From Podarcis pityusensis (taxonomy: Eukaryota): DNA of 64,000 nt. Made by a program: the position numbers and the translations under genes. The notes under the pieces were generated by a model. The model had not been told where the DNA came from and searched no databases. It saw only the letters and a list, made by a program, of their open reading frames with translations. Shown here piece after piece: positions 1 to 11,769 of this stretch; position 1 is the first letter of the stretch, and each line of letters opens with the position of its first letter. The stretch lies in the NCBI GenBank assembly GCA_964106645.2, contig OZ067045.1; one strand, given 5' to 3'.

Positions 1-103
1 CTTGGTTGCAGTGCCTTGAAAGGAGGAAGAAATGTCTTTTTTTCCCCTGGGGTAGAGGACGGCGATGAGGCTGTAAGGCCCCTGTAGCATCTTTGAATGC
101 TGT

Positions 104-105
104 GA

Positions 106-140
<35 letters not shown>
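104..140. repeat. (GAAA)n microsatellite
   Basis: Perfect tetranucleotide tandem array. Confidence 0.95.
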
Positions 141-141
<1 letters not shown>

Positions 142-320
142 GGAGGGAAGGAGGGAAACCTAACATGAACATCCAGATGAAGCAGCCACTTCTATTTTCT
201 TTGAGAGGTGTGAGTAGCCTCCAGGAGGGCTAGGGAATGTTTAAACCCACACACCATCCCCCCATCTTTCATTTCATTTCATTTCATTTCATTCATTTGT
301 TGCATTTATATCCCACCCTT

Positions 321-409
321 TTGATGTATCACAGTATTTTAATATTCTTTTGGAAGCCGCCCAGAGTGGCTGGGGAAACCCAGCCAGATGGGCGGGGTAT
401 AAATAATAA

Positions 410-457
<48 letters not shown>
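321..457 (+). mobile_element. L2-clade LINE 3' end fragment with (ATT)n tail
   Basis: GGAAGCCGCCCAGAGTGGCTGGGGAAACCCAGCCAGATGGGCGGGGTATAAAT + (ATT)n; same 3' UTR as the L2 at 35810-36146. Confidence 0.8.
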
Positions 458-508
458 TTCCCCCGAGCTGCTCAAAGCCGCATACATTGTTCTCCATCTC
501 CTCATTTA

Positions 509-711
509 CCGTATTGGCCCAAATATAACCTGCACCCCCCCCCAATTCGCTTATATTCGCGACCTTATGGTATGCAGCCAGGAACGTGGGGCAAACAACG
601 GTGCCCGTCCCGCACATAGTCTCCCGTCCTCTCTGCCAAGGCCGGGAAGGGAGAGAGCGAGGAAGCGGAAAGGCTTATATTCTGGTGCAGCTTATATTCG
701 GGTCAATACAG
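509..711. mobile_element. Tc1/mariner (Tc2/pogo-type, CCGTA-ended) MITE
   Basis: 28-bp TIR CCGTATTGGCCCAAATATAACCTGCACC matching the other end at 24/28; TA on both flanks. Confidence 0.85.
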
Positions 712-2494
712 TAACTCCCACAACAATCCTGCAAGTTAGGTTAGGCTGAGGAGTGGTGACTGGCCCAAGACCACTCAGTGAGCTTCGTGGCTGAGTGGAG
801 ATTTGAACCCTGGTCCCCTCAGGTCCTGGTCCAACACTCTAACCACTACCCCATGACTGGTGACAGTTTAATTCGTAGTCCACAATCCTAAGCAAACTTA
901 AGACAGCCTTACTGAACTCAGAAGGGGGGGGGGGGAATCTGCAGCAATAATGCATATATGTTGTTTGTTTTTAAGATATCAGCTCCTGGGTCATCGGGGA
1001 TGTGGCTAGAGGGCCTTTGAGGTCCCTACCAACTCTTCAATTCTGTAATTCTAGGAACTCTGCATAGCAGGTTATGTTGGAAGATACCAAGGTCACCTTG
1101 ACAGACAAGCGATGTTTTGGGGTGTGAGTGTCGAGCCAATGGCTCAGGGGTTCAGGGGAAGACACCCAAATTGCAAGGCCTGTAAAGTACGGAGGAACAG
1201 ACATTATTAGAATTGCGAGTTTAGAGGAGAGATCTGAAAGATTGTTGTTTGGGTTGATGCAGTAAAAATAATAATAATAGTGCAAAGAATTTCACAAGTG
1301 CAAAAGTGTGCAAATGACAAAGAGCTGTCTTGTGGCAGCTCAAGGTGTTGCGTTCAGTATACACTGCACCAGCGCTTTGTTTTATTTTTCGTATTATTAT
1401 TTCTAAAAAAACTTGGCTGAAACTTTGCAAGAACTCTCTCTCTTTTTTATCAGGTTTCACAGCCAGGCCACTTGAGTGAAGAAATGTCTGGTGGGTTGAG
1501 ATTCTGACACATACTTTAAGCAACGACCATGTGAGGAGTGCCAGCATTCATTTAAAGGAGGGGGAAGGGGAGGGGGAACGCAACCTCTTTAATATCAATA
1601 TCCACACATTCTTCTGGGGCTTTTGGTGCAACAAATTGCAACCTTTCAAGCAAAGCACTTGCTAGAGTGACGATCATTTGCTTGCACATTATCTGGGTGT
1701 GCACGAGCTGTTTGTGTGTGTGATTCTTTATTTTAAGAAGAAGTAGTTTGACTTAAACAAAGCACTCCTAACTAGCTAGTTTGCTCCGCCAAGGCGAGGG
1801 TTAAGAAACCCTGCCGCGCTTGACAAGTACAAGGTGAAGTGGGTGGTCAGCGAAGTCTGAAAGGCACCCTTAACCCCTCTTGGCTGAGAATCCAGGCTCT
1901 TGTTCTTTCTGCTGAACCCGCACATCATCACTTGGTGATAGGAATCAGAATGAGGCGGCTGGAGCCGGCCAAAGCTTTCCTTCTTAAAGAGACAGCCGCT
2001 TCAGGCAGACTCTTTCATCCAAGGAGAGAAAGAAATAAAGGAAGGAAGAAACAGTGCTTCCATATTCTTCTGCCCCGCATTCCCCTTCCCCTGAAACTGG
2101 AAAGATTCACCAGTATAGCACCAGGCTTCTGATAAAGGCCCAGGAGTGAGGGCTGCGGCTTAGAGGTTTGCATGCCAAAAGTCCCAGGGTCCAAACTCCA
2201 GCATCTCTAGGTAAGCCGGGAGATGCTGCCTCCAAAAAACCCTTGAGATCCTCTGCAGCCAGTATGGATAATACTGAGGACCAGTGGTCTGACAACACAG
2301 GAAGGCAAGAGTGTTCACTGGTTAAAAGACATGAGTGTACAATCAATGCATTTGTGGTTGAATTTGGAACATTTTTCTTGCAAAGCAGATGCTCTGTCAA
2401 TAACCTACAGTGCTTTCCTAATTCCTGAAAAACTGAGTGTTCTTAATATCTTCTTTTAAGCCTCGATTTAAGGGCTGATGTTGCACATGCACAC

Positions 2495-2750
2495 ATTATT
2501 ACTATTATTATTATTATTATTATTATAATTTATATATCGCCCTTCATCATAAGATGTCAGGACGGTTCACAGAATAAAATACAAGACACAAACACAAGTA
2601 AACAATTAAAACAACACAGTAAAACAATAACCGCCCCCGTCCCACAGACACATTTAAAAGGATGTAGAAAATTAATCAGCTGAAGGTCTGGCTAAAGAGG
2701 AATGTTTTTGCCTGGTGCCTAAAAATTTATAATGAAGGTGCCAGGCGAAC
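2495..2750 (-). mobile_element. L2-clade LINE 3' fragment
   Basis: Reverse complement of the subfamily at 50355-50683; (ATT)n tail at left end. Confidence 0.7.
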
Positions 2751-3234
2751 ACAAAATCCTGTGCAGGGATTTGCTTGAGTTAATTGCCAATAATGTTCAT
2801 AGTTCAATCCCAAAACTTTTTTTTTTTGTAAAGGGGGAGGCGGAAGGACATTAACAAATTAAGATTGGTTGAAGCAAGATTTGAACTGGTGTCTTTTTGG
2901 TTGACCACTCACGCTTTCCATAAACTTACTCAAAGGCCTTCTGCAAAGCGCTACCCTTTCAGCTTCAATGTCTGCAATATGGGGATAGTGATTCTGGCCT
3001 ACCTTACAAGGTTGTAAAATTTGCCAAGCTACGGTAACATAGGAAGTTGCCTTAAACAAGACAGACTCTGTGACTACTTTGTCCAAAGATTCTTCTAGGA
3101 ATCTCAAGCGGAGCAAATCCTCTCCCCAGCAAGTCCTCTCCCCACTGTTTTCTGATCCTTTCAGCCTGAGATACTATGGATTGAACCTGAGATTGTTTGC
3201 ATGCTAAGCATATGCTCTACCACTGATCTGTGGC

Positions 3235-3580
3235 TAGGGATGTGCAGGGGGAGAGAGAAATCCCAGTCAGTTTGCATTCAAAGGCATACCTATGTGATTC
3301 ACACAGTCTAAAACAACACAAGAACTGAAAAACACCAATCTTTAGAAAGTTGCACTTCTCTGAATTTTGCAGTGAAGTTCTGCAGCCAAGTAATGTCTAC
3401 GAAGATGCATATACTGGGGTAAAGTGTGCATAAAAATGGACACATTCGTAAAATTAATATGTGAAAATGCACTATATAAAGCAAAACTGTTTTGCAAAAA
3501 AAGTATGCGTTGGACAAAATTGCATGTGAACTTGTGTATATTATTAGATCCACACTAAAATGCTGATCAATTTTCATGTG

Positions 3581-3616
<36 letters not shown>

Positions 3617-3716
3617 ATATATTTGCAGAATGATGTGGAAATGCAGAGAACGGAACTTAAGATAGGAAAAACGAGGAGGATTCAATTTGGAAGATTCAAA
3701 GATTCGCCCATCGTTA
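3235..3716 (+). mobile_element. Old AT-rich hAT-like non-autonomous element (TAGGGATG...CATCCCTA family)
   Basis: Starts TAGGGATG, degenerate right end. Homologous fragments at ~19230-19570, 23010-24857, 30870-31032, 35745-36722, 45050-45208, 48757-49070, 54188-54545, 59667-60150, 61945-62295. Confidence 0.65.
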
Positions 3717-4333
3717 ACTGTATCCACTCTAAAGCACCACTGTGTCACATTAAAAAATGTCTGCACTGTATTCCCTACTGCCAGTGTGGGCTGCAAATCA
3801 CAATAATGCAATCCCAGCAACAACTAACAGTAATTAAGACTATGAAGCGCCTACATAAATCCTATCCATCCCGTTCAACACTGGAGAGTCCGGGCCGCAG
3901 ACAGACTGTAAAGGTGGCTCCGAGATGAGTTGGAACGGCAACTGTGTGGGCTTGACGATTGCTTCTTGACCTCTTTGGAACGATTAGGCGTCTCGCTCCA
4001 GCTTTGCTGCATGACATGAAAGCTTTTCTCCTTCCTTCTGCCTTCTGAATTGAGCGGGTGGGTGGGAGGGCAGGAAGCAAAGAGCTGACAGGGCACAGTC
4101 ATCACTGGATTGTTCTGGGAGGTACCTCATTTGCAACAGAGGCACGGTGGGCACGCATTTCGCATTTGGTGGGCCTTTGAACTTTCGAGGCAGCTTCGCC
4201 TGCATGTTCCCGTCTTTGTTTTCATCGCTGATCCGACTACCAGGGGAAAGCTGTGTGTGTATGTATGTGTGTGCGCGCATAAAGGCTCACAGCAGGCAAG
4301 TAGTGGGTGAGAGGGAAAGGTAGACATTTGGAG

Positions 4334-4445
4334 TCATAGAATCAAAGAATTGTAGAGCTGGAAGGGACCACAAGGATCATCTAGTCCGATCCCTTGCTAT
4401 TCAGGAATCTTTTGCCCAACATAGGGCTCAGGTTCTACCAGCTAA
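4334..4445 (-). mobile_element. SINE: truncated tRNA-Lys-like head + CR1-type 3' tail
   Basis: Same junction (GGAATCTTTTGCCCAA) as the copy at 51978-52116. Confidence 0.7.
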
Positions 4446-4499
4446 CTCTGGCTTCCGCCCTTTGCTTCACCTTTGAAGGAAACCAGCAGAGAAGATCTT

Positions 4500-4860
4500 C
4501 ATGTTGAACGCAAGGAAAGCACAGCAGCTGTATCAGGCTGCAGACCCATCTAGTTCAGCACACTGTTCTCCCAGTCGTTGACCGGATGTACGTGGGAACC
4601 CTGAAAGCTTGACATGAGTGCAACAGCACTCCACCCACATGCAATACCCAGAAACTGCTGGTCAGAGGTGTAATGCCTTTGATGGGGGAGGCAGAACACC
4701 TTTGTCCTCCATGAATTTATCTAATCCTCTTTTGATGGCCATCTGTCATGGATGCTTTAGTTGAGATTCCTGCATTGCAGGGGGTTGGACTAGATGAACC
4801 TTGGGCTCCCATCCAACTCTACAATTCCATGATTCTTTAAATCCATCTGAGCTGGTGGCC
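4500..4860 (-). mobile_element. Degraded CR1 3' fragment containing an opposite-strand CR1-type tail (~4746-4835)
   Basis: Similarity to 25053-25460; the insert ends in CAATTCCATGATTCT. Confidence 0.6.
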
Positions 4861-5459
4861 GGACCTGCAGAGGCCTTGAGGGTGTCCATTTAGCACCAGT
4901 GGCACAAAGGTCATCTTAGCACCTTCTCCTCCACACTGGTGAGGTGCTAGCCATTTCCATTTGAATGATAGGGCAGTTCTAAGCAACCTGTGGATGTTGA
5001 GAGGCCATTTTGCACCATACAGACGTGTGTATGCACATTTCTGTTTTCCCCAGGGTGGGGTTAACCCCGTGGATTTGCTTTGGATAAAGCTCTTCTCTGA
5101 AACTTTATGCCTTACTTTCCACCCTCTCTTGCTCTACCAAGAACCCATCCTTCCTGGCTTCTTCCCCACCTGACAGCATCAATGCTCAGGTTATAAGCCA
5201 GGATTTCAGAGATCTGATATGCCAGCTATCAGTAACATGATCAGCTTGGAGGTCAAATAACTTAAAGTCAGGCTAAACAGACTATTACTATAATAGGCCT
5301 ATCTCTAAGTACACTGCCTATCCCTATCTGTGCACAGCCTCAATGGAAAAGTCTAAGCATCATTATTTGTACAGCAGGAGCAAAGGCAGAGAGGTGGACG
5401 GGAAGCTAATTCTCCATAAGTAGGAAATGGGCAGGTAAAGAAAGTTAGCTGATGATACA

Positions 5460-5594
5460 AAGTGCTATTTTTCTAGCAAAAGAGGAGCCAGAACTCACCA
5501 TGAACATCTCCCTTGTTCTCTTGCAATGGCAATGGCGCCCACCTGGGAGGTGCCGGAACTGAGTTCTGGAGAGTTCGGGCTGCAAAAAGCCCTG
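5460..5594. mobile_element. hAT (Tip100-like) MITE
   Basis: Ends AAAAAGCCCTG; 8-bp TSD ATGATACA/ATGAAACA; paralog at 11522-11649. Confidence 0.8.
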
Positions 5595-6113
5595 ATGAAA
5601 CATGCTCAATGCAATATTAAGGCCACTTTAGCTCAGGCAGAGAGGGCTTTCGCATTTGTTGGACCCTGGGGATGGAACTCTCCCCTCAAGGAGACTCCTC
5701 ACTGCATTATTGTTCAGGATTTTCCATTGTTTTCCCCAACAGTTTGGTGGTTTGTCTCGCTGGTTAAGACAGCTGAGACACAGTGTTCCTTCCTGGGGAT
5801 TGCAGGTGGAGAGTTGCTGTTGTACTCAGATCCTGCTTGTGGGCTTCTCAGAGGCATCCAGTTGGCCAATGGGAGAAGAGAATGCTGGACTAGATGGACC
5901 TTTGGCCTGCCCCTGTGGCCAGGATCTCCTTATGCCCTTAGATATTTTTTAAAGATAATAATAATGGCCCCCTCATCATCCTGGGCTCCTGCATTTCTCC
6001 TGTTACTGGTGTCCAACTGACTTTGTTCTTTTTTTAAAAAAATCAAACATAAAGTTCTGGAGCAGTTGAATTCCACACAGAAGACCACACTCTGCTCTCC
6101 TCCATGCTCTGTA

Positions 6114-6355
6114 CAGTGGTACCTTGGGTTACATATGCTTCAGGTTACATACACTTCAGGTTACAGACTCCGCTAACCCAGAAATGGTGCTTCAGGTTAA
6201 GAACTTTGCTTCAGGATGAGAACAGAAATTGCGCTCCAGCGGTGCGGCGGCAGCAGGAGGCCCCATTAGCTAAAGTGGTGCTTCCGGTTAAGAACAGTTT
6301 CAGGTTAAGAAAGGACCTCCAGAACGAATTAAGTACTTAACCTGAGGTACCACTG
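6114..6355 (+). mobile_element. pogo/Tigger-type MITE (CAGTGGTACC TIR family), copy 1
   Basis: TIR CAGTGGTACCT...AGGTACCACTG, TA duplication, near-identical to 14724-14965 and 37352-37593. Confidence 0.93.
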
Positions 6356-6366
6356 TATATACTATC

Positions 6367-6563
6367 GGGAAGTATCATGGCTTAGTGGCAGAGCCTCTGT
6401 TTTGCATGCAGAAGGTCCCATGTTCAATCTCTGGCTTCTCCAGGTGGGGCTGGGAGAGATTGCCATCTGAAACCTTGGAGAATGACTGCCAGCCAGTGGA
6501 GGCAATACTGAGCGAGACATACCAAGGGTTTGACTCAATGTAAGGCAATTCCCAGTGTTCCTA
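6367..6563 (+). mobile_element. tRNA(Cys/Ala-like)-headed SINE
   Basis: A/B-box-like head (TGGCTTAGTGG...GTTCAATCT) with TTGCA loop; many degraded paralogs (e.g. 20314, 22315, 28120, 29790, 51780). Confidence 0.75.
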
Positions 6564-7215
6564 CAGCATCTCAGCACATGCACCGGCCTACAGCTCTGTT
6601 AATCAATAGCCTGAACTGAATTTCATGCTTGGCTTGAAACATAGCTCATTAGAAAGGAAACAGAAAGGTTGGCCCATCCATGCAAGACACATTTGTACAT
6701 ACCACCCAGTTCAGGGATTGCAGGGGTGGTGGGGGCAGAAATTTGCCCAATTCACATTTTAATGCAAAGCTGCCTGTACTGTGATAGATCCAGTCTTGTG
6801 ATAGATCTCCAGCCCCAAAATGTGTGGACTGGGGAAAGTACACACAAAAACCATGTACAGAATTTACGTCTTCTCCCAGACTTTTGGGGGCTATTGGTGT
6901 TTTTGCTGCTGTCACATTGAACTAAGTTTCAGTCAGGGCAGACCTATTAAAATTAAGTTAGTTATGTTCATTAGTTCCAATGGGTCTACTCTGCGTAGTA
7001 CTAACATTGGATGCAATCCGTGTAAGAAGAGCCTGCCTACTCCAATGTCATGTTTTCACAGTGGCCAACCAGATACCTTTAACACATTTTATGTTTTCTA
7101 ACTTATCTAATGCCATACTTTATGCTTTTTAAAAATTTCGTCAGTCACCTGGAGATTCATTATATGTTGAGCAACTAATAATTATAACAGTATTGAAATC
7201 AGTGTTCAACTAACT

Positions 7216-7427
7216 CATGGGTGGGCAAACTAAGGCCCGGGGGCTGGATCCAGCCTAATCACCTTCTAAATCTGGCCCATGGACAGTCTGGGAATCAGCA
7301 TCTCTGGGTTATTTGCGGGGCATAGGAATTTGTTCATCCCCCCCCCCAAAAAAAAAATATAGTCTGGCCCCTCACAAGGTCTGAGGGACAGTGGACCGCC
7401 CCCCCTGAAAAAGTTTGCTGACCCCAG
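7216..7427. mobile_element. hAT (Charlie-like) MITE
   Basis: CATGGGTGGGCAAACT...AGTTTGCTGACCCCAG termini; 8-bp TSD AACTAACT/TACTAACT. Confidence 0.85.
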
Positions 7428-9469
7428 TACTAACTGAACTAATACATTTTTGCCCATTTTGGTCTACTCTGAGCAAAATTTCATTGGTCTCGAGCCAATA
7501 TTATACGGGAAACGCAAACAAAAATGCTATTTATTTTTTAAAAAACAAAGAAAGAAATGCAAACGGCTATGAAAATAGGGGCTGCAGACTAAACATAAGG
7601 CTGAAACAATAAGACAGAGAAATGGAGAGAAGTAGAAACTAACAGATTCACCCATCCTTACTCTCCTTACAGAACTTGCAACGCCACGTGCAAGGGGCTA
7701 ATTTATTTGACGGTTTCCACATGGAGAGGGCAACAGCCACCACCACCACCACCACTGCCCAATTCTCCCATCTCCTCAATGATAACAGGTAGGTTATCTG
7801 CAGAACAGCCTGAAGACCAGGCCTCCCATAATGGGAGAAGCCCTGGTGGCTTGACTGAAACCTGATTCCTGTCAAAAGCTATTTTCTCTGGGAGACAGAG
7901 GAGACATTGTAACCCCCTCAGTGCTCGAGTGTGGCCTTGGCTACTGCCAAAAGACCACCTTTCCTCCCCCTTCCTTCCCTGAGACAAAACAGAAACAACC
8001 CGCCCCCCCAACCCACACCCACCCCGGCTGTCAGTCTTATCGAGAGCTGTTGAAAGGAGGTGTATAAACCCAGTAGCGCAGCTGAGGAGATAACTGTCAA
8101 ACGGCATGAAAAGCCATGCCTATCTTCTCAGCAAGAGGAACTGGGGCACCAGCAAAATTGTAGCGTGAGGCCAAACACTCCTCGGCATCTGTGAGGTCCT
8201 GCTTTAATTTTAATTTTAAATTTCTTTTAAAGTCAATTCCTTAGTACCGCTGTAAAAGAAAATGGCGGGCGGTATCAATGGAACTCATGTGTTTCCAAGC
8301 CATGTGTGAGAGAGGAGGCCGACTGACTCATTTGAGGGCAAGGGAAGTAGGCCTGGGTTTTTATTTTTTATATTTGGAGCGGGGAGAATACATGAACCAA
8401 CCCTATTTTGTGTGTGTTTGTGTTTAATTTTTATCTTTAAAGCAAGACAGAGAAGAAGCAAAAGGAGGGAAACTCAGAAACATGCCATGTAGGGAGTGCC
8501 GGAGGCTTCTGACGAAAACAGAAACGGGAGGAGAAATTGCCAATGTTAGCAAATATGGTTGATATCCACTGTTGTTATTTTCAGTCTGCAAATGGTATGT
8601 ACTTATTACATCCATGCCCCCACATTTGTACTGTTTCATTTGCAACGAAATGAATGCGGTGGAATAGCATGACAACAATGTGATTTACGTAACAAGCTAT
8701 GCAAAACCCATAATGTACATTATGTAATTTCACCATAACAGATAGTGAGATGAAAGGGGTCTTTTTTAGCAGAAGGTGAACTGCAGCAGAATGGAAGCAG
8801 TGCTGCATGTGATGAACAGAGTGCAGAACAAAAAAAGATGCCTTCTGACATCCCTACTAGAGTGTCAACACACAATGGATTTGTGTCCAATTCCTCAGTC
8901 ACCAGCCAGTCAGGCCAGAGGATGGACCTGCCTTTGAAAGCCACATTTGTCCCTTGGCCTGAAGTTCCCCAACTCCTGCAACTAGGTAGACAACAGGAAA
9001 CTATTACGCATACTTGTGAATGACCCTTGCCTGAAAACAGTACAGAGCTGGAAGGCTCCAATGGTCTGTCTCGGAATAACCCTCTGTTCCTAAATTCACA
9101 TTGGATCGAAATCCATAGGTTAGGTGCAGCCTCAACAGACCCCAAATCCACCACCTGAGATGGCTGTGTCCCTGCCGCATGGAAGAACCCTACTGTAAAA
9201 GAAACCACAATGGTAACTGCTGTTGGATCAGATCAAAAGCCCACCAACTCCAACATCTTAAAGTGCCAGTCACTGTAGAGAAAATACAGAGCCAGATGAA
9301 CCAGTGGTCTGACTTAGTATAAAATTATTATGTTTCATTTTGCCCCATCTACAGAGAGCTCTAGTGAGGGAAGGGAACCATAGAGCTGTAAAGTCCTAAA
9401 ACTCATCTTTCCAACCCCAACAGTGACAAATAAAAATAAAGATAAATCTCTCACCTTGGTTTTAGAGTC

Positions 9470-9590
9470 TTGGTGTTGTCTCCAGTGGAAGTCCTATTTA
9501 GAGCAGACCCACTTAATGTACCCAAGTTAGACATGTCTATTAACTTAAATGGGTCTACTCTGTGTAAGACCAGCACTGGATGCAAACCCC
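9470..9590. mobile_element. Short palindromic dispersed repeat (probable PIF/Harbinger-type MITE)
   Basis: Inverted AGACCC...GGGTCTACTCTG arms; paralogs at ~6915-7020, 15228-15335, 28960-29065, 36722-36822, 37205-37320, 43669-43772. Confidence 0.6.
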
Positions 9591-10054
9591 TGGAGTTTCC
9601 CCAAGAAAAGGCTTTCCCTACATTTCCACATCTGAAGACTTTCCTGGAGCTTCCCCCTTCCCCTTCTCCATCTTTCTGCTTCACTGAAGTGATTTATGGG
9701 AATAGGCCATAAATCTAGATAATTTATATGCCTCGTGCCTGCATGGGCCCTCTTCCTCCTATGCCCCTTTCCAAGGACTCAGCGAGTGCAATTTGAAAGC
9801 AATTCAACAGACAGAGGCCCTGATCCAAGAACAACCTTTGAGCAGAAGGAAGTCCCTGAGAACCAGCAGGATGCTAACAAGGACCTGGGACAGACTGCCC
9901 AGGAGTGGCAGTCGCTGGGAGCAGCCTTCATGCGACCAACCATCAATGCTACATAGCTCTGCTTTGCTATGATGCAAAGTGCTCTCTAAGCACTGGGGGC
10001 AGGAAATTTGAAGAGAGGTCAGTGAGGTGTAGCAGCTGGAATGGTGGACTAGGA

Positions 10055-10788
10055 CAGGGGTGGTGAACTTCATGCCCAGGGGCCAAATGTGGCCCTCCAT
10101 ACCTCTCTTTCTGCCCCTCTGAACTCTCTCCAGAACCCCCCTCACTGGCCCTGTTTCACAATCCAACCTTCTTCTTCTTTTTTTGCCTCGGTGGCATGTG
10201 TCCTAAAGGTAAAGGTAAAGGGACCCCTGACCATTAGGTCCAGTTGTGGCCGACCCTGGGGTTGCGGCGCTCATCTTGCTTTATTGGCCGAGGGAGCCAG
10301 CGTACGGCTTCTGGGTCATGTGGCCAGCATGACTAAGCCGCTTCTGGCGAACTAGAGCAGCACACGGAAACACCGTTTACCTTCCCGCCGGAGCGGTACC
10401 TATTTATCTACTTGCACTTTGACATGCTTTCAAACTGCTAGGTTGGCAGGAGCAGGGACTGAGCAACGGGAGTTCACCCTGTCGTGGGGATTCGAACCGC
10501 TGACCTTCTGATCAGCAAGTCCTAGGCTCTATGGTTTAACCCACAGCGCCACCCGCGTCCCTGGCATGTGTCCTAGAAAGCTAATAATGTCTCTTGCTTG
10601 TATGGAAGGCAGACACAAGATGGGCGTTTGTGTATATGTGGAAACTCTCCTTCTGTAGCAGGATAAAATGTATACTTGTTGCTCCACCCATCTTTGCCTC
10701 TGGCCTCTCCCACTTCCTGGCATGTGGCCCTTGGAAGGCTGACCAGAAGGGGATGTAGCCCCCATGCAGGAAAAGGTTTGGTACCCAG
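10055..10788 (+). mobile_element. Degraded hAT (Charlie-like) element split by a Sauria SINE
   Basis: CAGGGGTGGTGAAC start, TGGCCC subterminal motifs; related 3' piece at ~47670-47777. Confidence 0.55.
10206..10561 (-). mobile_element. Sauria SINE (Squam1), full length
   Basis: tRNA-like head (GGGACGCGGGTGGCGCTGTGGGTTAAACC...GGTTCGAATCCC on minus strand), (ACCTTT)n tail, 14-bp TSD TGGCATGTGTCCTA. Confidence 0.95.
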
Positions 10789-11029
10789 GGAAACCAATCT
10801 CTATTCAACCATGAAGCTCATTGGATGATCTTGGGCCACTCATTCTGGAATTTCACCACCATTCTGACTTTGACAACCTGCCCTGGGGATCTGGTGGCAA
10901 AAACACACACACAAAAAACCATGTTTCCCCAAGCTCTACCCTGTCCCAGATCTTAGGGGTTTGCTTAATTCATTTTCCAGTCCAGAATCTGGACTGATAA
11001 AACTTCGCTGCCTTCCTGCTCCGAATATT

Positions 11030-11440
11030 CATTTATAGGATTTCTGACCTGCCATTCATTATAAGGTCCCAGGGCAGTTTGCAACAATATAGCAATCAGT
11101 TAAACCAATATACAAGCAGAAGGATAGGGTGGCTCGTCAATATCTCTATCTATAGATCAGCTGTCAAAGGCCAGGGTCAAGAGGTTCGTGACCAGGCTAT
11201 GTAAGAGATGTACAAAACGAAGGTGGCCAGCCCGCTACTGTGAAGAGGGAATTCCACAGTTTAGGGGGTTGCCACAGAGAAGACCCCACCAAACTTCTAA
11301 GGTGGTGGAATTCCCAAGAACCACCCCCCTCTACTGATTTTAACACCCAAGAGGGTCAGTACCGAAGGAGGAGCTTTCAGATTTTGGGGGCCTACCATGT
11401 TTAGGGCTTGATGCACTAATGTGGTCACTTTGAATTGGTT
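11030..11440 (-). mobile_element. Degraded L2-clade LINE fragment
   Basis: Similarity to other L2 ORF2 C-terminal/3' UTR pieces in the window. Confidence 0.5.
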
Positions 11441-11521
11441 CCGGTCCTCCTAAATCTCGCTGGTGTTGTGGCTCTCCCCACACACATCTGAGGAAAGGCG
11501 AAGGAGTATAGACCTGTTATC

Positions 11522-11649
11522 CAGGACCATCTTTCTAGAAAAAGAGGTGTTGAAACTTACCATGAACTCTTCCCTTGTTCTCTTATAAAGATGCTGGTGC
11601 CCACCTGAGAGGTGCCAGAATTGATTTCCAGCAGGGGAAAAAAGCCCTG
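11522..11649. mobile_element. hAT (Tip100-like) MITE
   Basis: CAGG...AAAGCCCTG termini; perfect 8-bp TSD CTGTTATC. Confidence 0.88.
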
Positions 11650-11769
11650 CTGTTATCATGTCCTGTGTCCACCATGACCATTGGGCAGGGGTGTGTGTCT
11701 TTCTCCTGCCCCCCTTCTTGCAGATTTAAGGAACCCCTAATAGGCCGGGCCACCTCTGGGATTGCTGAC

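Larger units (their letters stand above)
265..860 (-). mobile_element. Older Squam3/MIR-type (CORE) tRNA-derived SINE, split by two insertions
   Basis: Minus-strand tRNA-like head at ~800-860; body similar to the young copy at 17370-17620; (TTTCA)n tail at ~265-300. Confidence 0.7.

Noticed and set aside
237-749. 170-aa ORF with poly-Leu
   Set aside because: Reads through an (ATT)n L2 tail, a SINE and a MITE; artefact.
3918-4019. Protein-like stretch LRDELERQLCGLDDCFLTSLERLG
   Set aside because: No convincing splice acceptor or start, and no recognisable family.
6104-6340. Recurrent similar ORFs (also 14726-14950)
   Set aside because: Translations of the same non-coding MITE, with no transposase motifs.
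8443-8594. Possible 152-nt exon (AAG acceptor, GTATGT donor)
   Set aside because: All three frames contain stop codons; unsupported as a coding exon.
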